Assembly: GCA_038858525.1 (NCBI GenBank)
Contig: JAWCFL010000001.1
Coordinates: 60,001 to 92,000, forward strand
Direction: 5' to 3'
From: Candidatus Jordarchaeales archaeon
GTDB taxonomy: Archaea; Asgardarchaeota; Jordiarchaeia; Jordiarchaeales; Freyrarchaeaceae
Length of the DNA: 32,000 nt
Shown here: piece after piece, positions 9,587-16,396 of the stretch
Layout: every line of letters begins with the position of its first letter
Numbering within the stretch: the first letter of the stretch is position 1
Made by a program: the position numbers and the translations under genes
Notes under the pieces: generated by a model
Told to the model about the DNA's origin: nothing
Databases searched by the model: none
Seen by the model: only the letters and a program-made list of their open reading frames with translations

Positions 9587-10024
9587 GTGATGAGTGGTGT
9601 TGCATCCAGCAGTTTTTTCAAAGATTTGAACGCTATAATTAATAAAAAGATTAAAGTGAACCTTGAAGGCGGCAGGACATATGAAGGAACTTTAAAGAGC
9701 TATGAAGCTGGCACCTTGAGCCTATGCCTAACTGATGCTGAAGATGATAGAGGAAACACGTATAGTAGAGTATTCATTAGAGGGGATAAAATTGTGGATT
9801 TCTTCCAAATAGAAGAAGGAATTAACTTAAGGGAACTTTACATGGAAATTAGCAAAGTTTTCCCTCATGGAGACGTGGAGTTCCTTGAAGAAAACAACGT
9901 AATACTTGTTCTTAAAAAGGTCAAGGTCACAGAGAACGGGGTAGAGGGCGAAGGACCTATAGCGAGAAGAGTTAAGGAGATATACGACAGGTTCATGGCG
10001 GAAAGAGGGGCTTCTACTTCTTAG
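9587..10024 (+). CDS. Augmented Sm/Lsm protein (SmAP3-like: Sm fold plus C-terminal domain)
   Basis: Sm1/Sm2-like KKIKVNLEGGRTYEGTL...LCLTDA...VFIRGDKI followed by about 70 extra residues. Confidence 0.8.
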   Translation: MMSGVASSSFFKDLNAIINKKIKVNLEGGRTYEGTLKSYEAGTLSLCLTDAEDDRGNTYSRVFIRGDKIVDFFQIEEGINLRELYMEISKVFPHGDVEFLEENNVILVLKKVKVTENGVEGEGPIARRVKEIYDRFMAERGASTS

Positions 10025-10434
10025 CTTTCCAGCGTTTCGAGCGGGTGCATCCTAAATAGGACGATAGCCACCCATTTTTTCTCTGGATAGAGGCTCTCCT
10101 CAGCTTTTTTTAGTCGGGAGCGTATGCACTGCCTACAAGTTGAGTGGCGTGGGTCAAGTGGGCCCTCGCAGGAGGCGCAGTGAAACATAATGACTGGGTG
10201 TTCCCCTATTTTTGCTTGCAGGAATTCTTCTTCATCATATTCCGGAGAAAAGTCGGGCCATATATCATACATGAGAGGGTCACCTATGACGTCCTTTAGT
10301 TTTTTGAAGATACGCTCGAAACTTGTCATCCAAATCCACCTTTCCATAGAAAGTCTCAAGGTGAAGACGGTGGCACACCATTTAAAATAACTTGATCTTC
10401 TCAAGGCAACACTTGACTTGAATTGGAAAGGCAA
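10021..10434 (-). CDS. Hypothetical protein with C-x2-C...C-x2-C metal site; true start probably near MTSFERIF
   Basis: Coding-like composition; CASCEGPLDPRHSTCRQC; convergent overlap with the Sm gene stop. Confidence 0.6.
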   Translation of the reverse strand: MPFQFKSSVALRRSSYFKWCATVFTLRLSMERWIWMTSFERIFKKLKDVIGDPLMYDIWPDFSPEYDEEEFLQAKIGEHPVIMFHCASCEGPLDPRHSTCRQCIRSRLKKAEESLYPEKKWVAIVLFRMHPLETLES

Positions 10435-10584
10435 GATGTGTGTTACATTTCATCCAAAAATACAACTGATTTATGTGGTGTCAATGCTTAAGAAAAAATG
10501 TTTCTGTGTGAGTGATGTGGGAGGGTTGAAAAAATTTAAATCGTGTTTCTGATCATTCTCTCGTAAACCCTTGGAGGTAATGGT

Positions 10585-10845
10585 ATGGAACCCCATGAGG
10601 TTATAAAGGCTCCGTTAGCGACCGAGTCTGCTTTCAGAATGATCGAGGAAGAGAATAAGTTAGTTTTCATAGTTGACCGAAGAGCTAATAAGAAAGCTAT
10701 ACGAGCCGCTGTTGAGAAGCTTTATGGCGTTAAGGTCGAGAAGGTTAACACGCTCATCACACCTAGAGGAGAGAAAAAGGCGTTCGTTAAGCTTAAACCG
10801 GAGTTTAACGCAGCCGACCTCGCAACAAAGATCGGGCTATTCTAG
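10585..10845 (+). CDS. rpl23: 50S ribosomal protein uL23
   Basis: [33 protein letters not shown] and GEKKAFVKL; GGAGGT Shine-Dalgarno upstream. Confidence 0.95.
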   Translation: MEPHEVIKAPLATESAFRMIEEENKLVFIVDRRANKKAIRAAVEKLYGVKVEKVNTLITPRGEKKAFVKLKPEFNAADLATKIGLF

Positions 10846-10883
10846 GCTGGGAGGAAAACAGAACGCCTTCAGATCTACGTTTT

Positions 10884-11492
10884 CTGCTAGATAAAATAGG
10901 CGAGCTCAAAAGAGGAGAGGTTGGAGAGCTAATTAGAAGCAGGATTAAAGAGTTTAAGAGTCTTCCTCCTGAAAAATGGTTTTCTGAGCTTTGCTTTTGT
11001 ATTTTGACCGCTAACTCTTCGGCGCAGATAGGGATTAAAGCCCAAGAGGAAATAGGAAACGGATTCCTAACGATAAGTAAAGATAGCCTTGCTCGCCTCC
11101 TAAGAGAACTAGGCCACCCATACTATGAAAGAAGAGCAGAGTACATTGTTGAGGCGAGAAAGTATAGTAATATTTACGAGATTATCTCTCAGTTTAGAGA
11201 TGAAAGGCAAGCAAGGGAGTGGCTTGCTAAAAACGTAAAGGGGATAGGGTACAAGGAGGCTAGCCACTTTCTGAGGAATGTGGGATACGAGAATGTAGCA
11301 ATAATCGATAGACACGTCATTAGAGCAATGATTAGATATGGATTAATTGATAAAATGCCGAAAAGCCTGACGAGGAAAAAATATCTTGAACTTGAAAAAG
11401 TGCTCGAAAAAGTGGCTAAAGATGCAGGGTTAACGCTGGCAGAACTGGACCTTTACCTCTGGTATATGGAGACTGGGAAAGTTCTCAAATAG
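10884..11492 (+). CDS. ogg: 8-oxoguanine DNA glycosylase/AP lyase (Ogg2 family); start codon uncertain
   Basis: ELCFCILTAN, VKGIGYKEASHFLRNVG, AIIDRH and LDLYLWY. Homology extends about 40 codons upstream of the track start (11004), to about the CTG at 10884. Confidence 0.9.
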   Translation: MLDKIGELKRGEVGELIRSRIKEFKSLPPEKWFSELCFCILTANSSAQIGIKAQEEIGNGFLTISKDSLARLLRELGHPYYERRAEYIVEARKYSNIYEIISQFRDERQAREWLAKNVKGIGYKEASHFLRNVGYENVAIIDRHVIRAMIRYGLIDKMPKSLTRKKYLELEKVLEKVAKDAGLTLAELDLYLWYMETGKVLK

Positions 11493-11510
11493 CAAAAGAA
11501 TCGGGCTGAA

Positions 11511-12290
11511 TCAGATGCCAGCAAGGAAGATGATTGCGATGGACATAATAACGTAGGAGGACACGAGGGAAAGGCTTGTAGAGAGTTTAGTTATCTTCCG
11601 GATGCCTGGCGTCAGCATAAAAGCCACACCCAGCAAGCATACGAGTTTAGTGTTTTTCCCTAGAACCCATGCGGAATAAAGGTGAAGTTGAAGGATAAGC
11701 AACTGAAGTAGAGGAAGCATTTTCGGCATGAAAATTACGCTGCCGGAGGTAGAAGCTATTGGAAAAAGTTCTCCTAACACTACTAAAACGTACGCGTAAC
11801 CGACCATTGAAATGAAAGAGTTAAACTTGCCACCACGCCCCAGAAGCTTGAATGGTAACCAATATAGGAAACTAACTAATACGAGCTCTAGGAAGGCAAA
11901 TGTAATGTTGATGTAGAAAAGTTCCACTGAAAGAAGACTGGACATGGACTTAAAGACTAGGAGTGAAAACATATCCATGAAGAAAATTTTGTTAAGGACG
12001 GATGAAAAGTAAACTGTAAGGAGAAAGCCGTTTAGGAAAGCTACGATAAATGGACCGACTGGGTCTGGTGATATAGCGATGTTACTAAAAACGACGCTCG
12101 GCTTAATTATGCCAGCTAGAAGCCTGTAATAGATTGGAAGAGGGCTTGCAGGCTCCTCTGGAGGCTTTTTTAAGAGAGGGAGTAGACGTTCAATGGTCTC
12201 CTCGCCGATTTTAGCGCCGCAACTTGGACAATTCACCTCATCAGGTGAAACTTTAAAGTTACAGTTTGGGCATCTCACCCCAGCCACCAA
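11511..12290 (-). CDS. Zinc-ribbon plus Yip1-like multi-pass membrane protein
   Basis: N-terminal CPNC-x10-CPSCG, then IIKPSVVF..I and about 5 hydrophobic helices, as in Yip1 domains. Confidence 0.65.
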   Translation of the reverse strand: MVAGVRCPNCNFKVSPDEVNCPSCGAKIGEETIERLLPLLKKPPEEPASPLPIYYRLLAGIIKPSVVFSNIAISPDPVGPFIVAFLNGFLLTVYFSSVLNKIFFMDMFSLLVFKSMSSLLSVELFYINITFAFLELVLVSFLYWLPFKLLGRGGKFNSFISMVGYAYVLVVLGELFPIASTSGSVIFMPKMLPLLQLLILQLHLYSAWVLGKNTKLVCLLGVAFMLTPGIRKITKLSTSLSLVSSYVIMSIAIIFLAGI

Positions 12291-12352
12291 AAAGAAGAAT
12301 GAGTAAGTCCCTCTAAATATTTTTTCTGAGAAAAAGATTGTTTCAAACTAAT

Positions 12353-13690
12353 CTAGACCATTTCTGTAAGAGAAAGACGGATGTATCCATCATAAGTTAT
12401 GTTTACAGATAATAGATAGTAAGGAGTCCAGGGCTTAACACCAAAGACGAGAGTGTAACCGTTTTTCTCGCTGAACGTGAAAACGCGGCTTGCTAACCCC
12501 TGAATTACAGGTGAGGGCTCCGAGCATACACCGAGCAGACACATGTTTCCGACTAAGGGACGACTTGTTAATGAGTATATCAAGCGCGTAACATCATTAT
12601 ATCCGAGCTCGGCATTCAAATAATCAATGTTAAGTATAAGCAGAATAGGAGACGACACGCCTTCTGAAAGACGGGCTCCAATGTTACTTATAATTTCATC
12701 CACACTGCCGAGGACCGGGAGAAAGACAAGCGACTTGTATTCTTCGAAGGGTAGAAAGGGAGGCGGTCTTAAGAAAGGTTCCATACCGATCGAAGCAACA
12801 ATACCACCATTCTTCACGAAGCAATTAATGATGCTTAGAAAGGTCAATGATCGAATAAGCAACGGAACATTTGCGTCAAAAACGAAAAGGTTGAAACAGT
12901 CCTCGGCTAAGCCACCCAGAAAGCGATCAAAGGACTCTGATCCAAAACTAATGAGTCTCTTACCCAACACTCCAGTATAGGCACCACTTTTTTCTAAAGC
13001 TAAACCTTGAATTTTACTTAAAAAATTCCCTGGCAAACTCTCAACATCCATCAACGAACGTGAAAAAGGCAGAAAACGACCCCCAAGTAGAGTGTAGAAA
13101 AAAGACGAGTCGGAAAGCTTCACTCCGCAAAGCTTCTTAAACAAAGCTCTTCTGACCACCCTACTATTCACTTCTTCCGATTCAAGCACTACAACACCAT
13201 CAACAATACGACCCAGATCACCCTCTCTTCTAACAGCAACAATACTGCGAAGACCTGTATGCCTAAGAAACGAAACGTAAAGTTCCATGACTGAAACAGG
13301 GTCCAAGCCGACCACGTTACAAACGCCCTCGAAGTCGTCTACAAAAATAAAAGCGCCCTTCACCTTTTCCGCCTTTTCATAAAGAAACCTCAAAAATATC
13401 GGCAAATTAGACCTCGAAATAGACTCATAAACATCTTCCTCTTGAGGAAAAGTGAAATCATTTGCATCAATCACTTCACGCAAATACCGACTCAAGTCAC
13501 CATGCCTACTAAGAAGGGCAGCGCGACTAACACCACAAGAAACATAGATCCCGCACTCGACGCCACCAATCTCCCTTAACACCTCAAACCCAAAGAGAGT
13601 CTTCCCAACCCCAGAATCACCACAAACAAGCAAAGCATTATTCTCATTCAATCCAAAAAATGCCCTAAGAAGTTTAAACAAATCTTTCAC
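12353..13690 (-). CDS. KaiC/RAD55/GvpD-like RecA-superfamily ATPase with a degenerate second domain
   Basis: Walker A GDSGVGKT and Walker B IFVDD. The second half begins SFGSESFDRFLGGL but has no Walker A. Confidence 0.7.
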   Translation of the reverse strand: MKDLFKLLRAFFGLNENNALLVCGDSGVGKTLFGFEVLREIGGVECGIYVSCGVSRAALLSRHGDLSRYLREVIDANDFTFPQEEDVYESISRSNLPIFLRFLYEKAEKVKGAFIFVDDFEGVCNVVGLDPVSVMELYVSFLRHTGLRSIVAVRREGDLGRIVDGVVVLESEEVNSRVVRRALFKKLCGVKLSDSSFFYTLLGGRFLPFSRSLMDVESLPGNFLSKIQGLALEKSGAYTGVLGKRLISFGSESFDRFLGGLAEDCFNLFVFDANVPLLIRSLTFLSIINCFVKNGGIVASIGMEPFLRPPPFLPFEEYKSLVFLPVLGSVDEIISNIGARLSEGVSSPILLILNIDYLNAELGYNDVTRLIYSLTSRPLVGNMCLLGVCSEPSPVIQGLASRVFTFSEKNGYTLVFGVKPWTPYYLLSVNITYDGYIRLSLTEMV

Positions 13691-14067
13691 CCAAAAATAA
13701 AAAAATACACAAAAACCACAAAAATACTTAACGCAATTTGAAAAAGAAAACCACCAAGTAATATTGTTATACCAAAAACACCATTATAACAAGGCAATTT
13801 GTAGTGCTGTTTTTTACACAGTATTTATTGTATAATCCTCCTTTATTCTCCTTTATAAGCACGCAATAAGTTTTAAGCGACGAAAGAAAAATATTACTCG
13901 TCAAAATAGCGTTATCCGTCAAATGATAGATTCACTTCCCGCAATATGAGCTAAGATTAGCGAAGAAACAAAAACAAAAAAGACGGCAAGCACCTCAACG
14001 AATAAAACCCCTTCCATCCTATGAAAGACGGAAAGAGCAACCAAAACAGTATATGTAAAAAATACAT

Positions 14068-14187
14068 CACGAAAAAATTAATAACGTCTCGAACAACAAG
14101 CTCGCTGAGCGCCCCGGTGGTGCAGCCACCCTACAGCTATAACGGCAGAGCATAAGGGATATCATAAGCCCTAAATCTCAATCCCCC
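14068..14187 (+). repeat. Decayed direct-repeat copy of the tRNA-Asp promoter and 5' part (partner at 15915-16032)
   Basis: CACGAAAAAATTAATA vs CACGAAAAATTTAATA, each ending 28 nt before GCCCCGGTGGTG. The shared ACAACAAG..GCTGAGCGCCCCGGTGGTG continues through homologs of introns 1 and 2; there is no T arm or 3' acceptor strand. Confidence 0.85.
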
Positions 14188-14286
14188 ACACTCATCCTCG
14201 TCTTCCTTACTTTTAGTGATGAAAGACTGCACTGCTGCCAAGAAAGAGAAGCTTCGGGTTTCATGCAATTCGCGGTGCTGCCGCCA

Positions 14287-14820
14287 CTACACTATGTTTG
14301 ACACCCTCAGCATCCACGCCACATACTTCATGTCCTCCTCACTCAGCTTCCCCGCCACCGAACCATTAAGGACCAGAAGCTTAGCCTTCCTGTCCGGCAG
14401 CGCCCCCATCACCTGGCCGAGTGCCACTACGAGCATCTCCCTAGGCAGCTTCTCCACGACAAGCCTCGCAACTTCAAGCTTAGCCTCCTTGTCCGGCATT
14501 CCGCCTATGATGTCTCCCGCCTTGCGTGCCATCTCTTCTGGCGGCAGTTTTTCGGTGATGGTTTTTGCGGCCTTGAACTTGTATTCTTGTGGTAGTGCCT
14601 TTATTATTCCGAGGGATTCGCTTGCTAGAACTTGTGGTGGTAGCTTCTGAGCTAGCTCTATTACCAGCTTTATGGCTTCCTCCTCTCTCCTATTCATCAC
14701 CAGCGTCTCTATTATTGGAGGTATCATTAACGGGTTTTTCAATGCAGTCTTTGAGGTACCACTCATACGAGAGACGGGCCATCCCCTCATCTCAATATAC
14801 TGCATACACTTCATCGCCAA
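14287..14820 (-). CDS. Hypothetical alpha-helical repeat protein
   Basis: Three to four repeats of about 33 aa: KLPPQVLA..IIKALP, KLPPEEMA..IIGGMPDKEAK, KLPREMLV..VMGALPDRKAK. The start may be internal (MSGTSK or MNRREE). Confidence 0.7.
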   Translation of the reverse strand: MAMKCMQYIEMRGWPVSRMSGTSKTALKNPLMIPPIIETLVMNRREEEAIKLVIELAQKLPPQVLASESLGIIKALPQEYKFKAAKTITEKLPPEEMARKAGDIIGGMPDKEAKLEVARLVVEKLPREMLVVALGQVMGALPDRKAKLLVLNGSVAGKLSEEDMKYVAWMLRVSNIV

Positions 14821-14824
14821 ACCC

Positions 14825-14998
14825 CTATCTGTCCCTAGGGAGTGTTAAAATTGTTTCGCACACCATTCTCTTCCGCTCCTCCGTCTTCGGCTCCGTTATT
14901 ATGGCGGGGATGATGACCGACGCATCATCCTTTGCCACCCTCTTGCAGTCCACAATAGTGATAATCGCCTCAACGTCTCCCATCTTCGCCCTCAACAC
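14825..14998 (-). CDS. Hypothetical 57-aa protein, absent from the ORF track
   Basis: GTG start 3 nt after the upstream stop; MLRAKMGDVEAIITIVDCKRVAKDDASVIIPAIITEPKTEERKRMVCETILTLPRDR; tightly packed between neighbours. Confidence 0.55.
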   Translation of the reverse strand: MLRAKMGDVEAIITIVDCKRVAKDDASVIIPAIITEPKTEERKRMVCETILTLPRDR

Positions 14999-15001
14999 GT
15001 A

Positions 15002-15370
15002 TTACCCGCTCTTCGGCTTTCCCAGAAGCGTTAAGGTTAGGTCTCCCCTGGTGAGGGTGGCGTCCGGATGCTTAATGAGCGACCAGAGCTCAGTTGAGAA
15101 GGAGCCAGCGTTGACCAGTATAGGGATGGGGACGCCGCGCCCCCCAGTCATTTCCGTGACGCCCTTAACCTCCCTAACGATGCTTGTGATCGTTTCGAGT
15201 GAGGCTGTGTCGCTGGAGGTCTTCGCCTCAAACATGAATATGAGCGGCCCGCCGCCCTCGAGCTCCACCCTCTTCTCCCCAGGTAGGAACCCCTTGATGA
15301 AACCGAGCACCTTCTCCGCCAGCCCACCCCTCTTAACGTCCTCCAGCGACACCACAGTAAGATCGATCAT
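15002..15370 (-). CDS. Hypothetical protein
   Basis: ATG preceded by GGAGGAGG; globular composition; part of a co-oriented gene string. Confidence 0.65.
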   Translation of the reverse strand: MIDLTVVSLEDVKRGGLAEKVLGFIKGFLPGEKRVELEGGGPLIFMFEAKTSSDTASLETITSIVREVKGVTEMTGGRGVPIPILVNAGSFSTELWSLIKHPDATLTRGDLTLTLLGKPKSG

Positions 15371-15623
15371 CTTCCTCCTCCCCCAACTCCCTTACCGTCA
15401 GCTCCCTGGCATCTATCACTCCCTTAATCCCGGCAAGTGCACAGATGACGTCAACTAGGAGGCTGTGGGCTCCCCTCACCCCACCCTCAGCTTTCCCCCC
15501 AGTACTCCCAGCTTCCTGAAGGAAGCTGTCGAGGGTTACGTATCTGCTCTCGCGCCTTCCACCCTCGCAACGCTCACACCCTTCCCTCATCCTCCCACCC
15601 CCATCTGCGCGGCAGCAAAACAC
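15333..15623 (-). CDS. Hypothetical protein with CxxC (likely start MREGCERCEGG)
   Basis: Purine-rich coding-like strand; overlaps the next gene by 38 nt. Confidence 0.35.
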   Translation of the reverse strand: MFCCRADGGGRMREGCERCEGGRRESRYVTLDSFLQEAGSTGGKAEGGVRGAHSLLVDVICALAGIKGVIDARELTVRELGEEEDDRSYCGVAGGR

Positions 15624-15914
15624 CCACCCCTCAGTGTATTAAACTTTGCGCTCTCAAAGCCATCCCCTCACCCACAACCCCACCAGAACGCACCCGGCGC
15701 CACTCTCTCCCAACACCCATACACACAACCACTCTAACCCCGAGCCAGCAACCCACCCGAACCAACAATAACGCACATAAAAGCACTACTTAATCCACAC
15801 AACCAAAGACGACCACCACGAAATCACCCCCAACAGCCCTAACCAGCCGCAACAAAACCACAACAACAAAAAACACAACACAGCTACACCCCCAAACGAA
15901 ACCACCCCGCCAAC

Positions 15915-15930
15915 CACGAAAAATTTAATA
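15915..15930 (+). promoter_or_regulatory. BRE/TATA promoter of tRNA-Asp
   Basis: GAAAAA followed by TTTAATA, ending 28 nt upstream of mature G1; conserved in the duplicate copy. Confidence 0.7.
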
Positions 15931-15957
15931 GCACGCCACACAACAAGTTTGCTGAGC

Positions 15958-16115
15958 GCCCCGGTGGTGTAGCCACCATAAAACGGCTGTAACGGCCGAG
16001 CATACGGGACAGTGATAAGCCCCTAATGTCAACGACGGTGGCAGAACTCCCGCGACCCGGGCGGTGCACCCTTTTTTGGGTGTATTAGGGATTTCAAATC
16101 CCGGCCGGGGCGCCA
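15958..16115 (+). tRNA. tRNA-Asp(GUC) with four introns (17/17a 15975-15992; 32/33 16011-16026; 37/38 16032-16046; 53/54 16062-16092); CCA encoded
   Basis: Removing 80 nt gives the 78-nt GCCCCGG UG GUGU AGCCCGGCCGA GCAU A CGGGA CUGUCAC UCCCG CGACC CGGG UUCAAAU CCCGG CCGGGGC G CCA. Each insert forms a BHB-like motif. Confidence 0.9.
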
Positions 16116-16213
16116 TTCCTTCTTGTTCGTTGGTTTATGTTTTCCTTATTTTTAAGGAATAGTGGGGTTTTTACGTAAATTATTTAAGTTTTGTGTTGGG
16201 CAAGGTTTAGGTA

Positions 16214-16357
16214 GGGCGGGTAGTCTAGAGCGTGGTGTGCGGGGAACTTGGTATGATTCCTCTGTTTTGGGGAATGAAACCGGGTTTGGGACCCGGAGGC
16301 CCTGGGTTCAATGCTGCAGCGTGATTTTCGCTGGGCGAGTAGATCCCAGCCCGCCCA
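16214..16357 (+). tRNA. tRNA-Pro(UGG) with three introns (15/16 16229-16246; 25/26 16258-16278; 58/59 16312-16342); CCA not encoded
   Basis: Removing 70 nt gives the 74-nt GGGCGGG UA GUCU AGCUUGGUA UGAU A CCGGG UUUGGGA CCCGG AGGCC CUGGG UUCAAAU CCCAG CCCGCCC A. A TATTTAAG box lies about 25-30 nt upstream. Confidence 0.88.
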
Positions 16358-16396
16358 TTATGTTTCTGGATGGCTTTAAACTGGAGGGAGTTGTAA

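Larger units (their letters stand above)
14190..15914. mobile_element. Putative remnant of an element integrated at tRNA-Asp (no integrase visible)
   Basis: Bounded by the duplicated tRNA promoter/5' part; contains only co-oriented orphan ORFs. Confidence 0.45.

Noticed and set aside
13838-13856. Tandem CTCCTTTAT repeat with a 10-nt period
   Set aside because: Only two copies in AT-rich DNA; could be an operator but is indistinguishable from chance and does not match the ORB consensus.
13925-14050. Short hydrophobic minus-strand ORF (MEGVLFVEVLAVFFVFVSSLILAHIAGSESII)
   Set aside because: The hydrophobicity is explained by the T-rich strand skew; only 32-41 codons and no supporting evidence.
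14216-15737. Plus-strand ORFs 14216-14650, 14589-15458 and 15465-15737
   Set aside because: Ser/Pro/Thr-rich antisense shadows of the purine-rich minus-strand genes and of low-complexity DNA.
15640-15914. G-rich minus strand as a possible G-quadruplex or CRISPR-like repeat region
   Set aside because: No regularly spaced repeats; the G-tracts are irregular and accounted for by the compositional skew reported separately.
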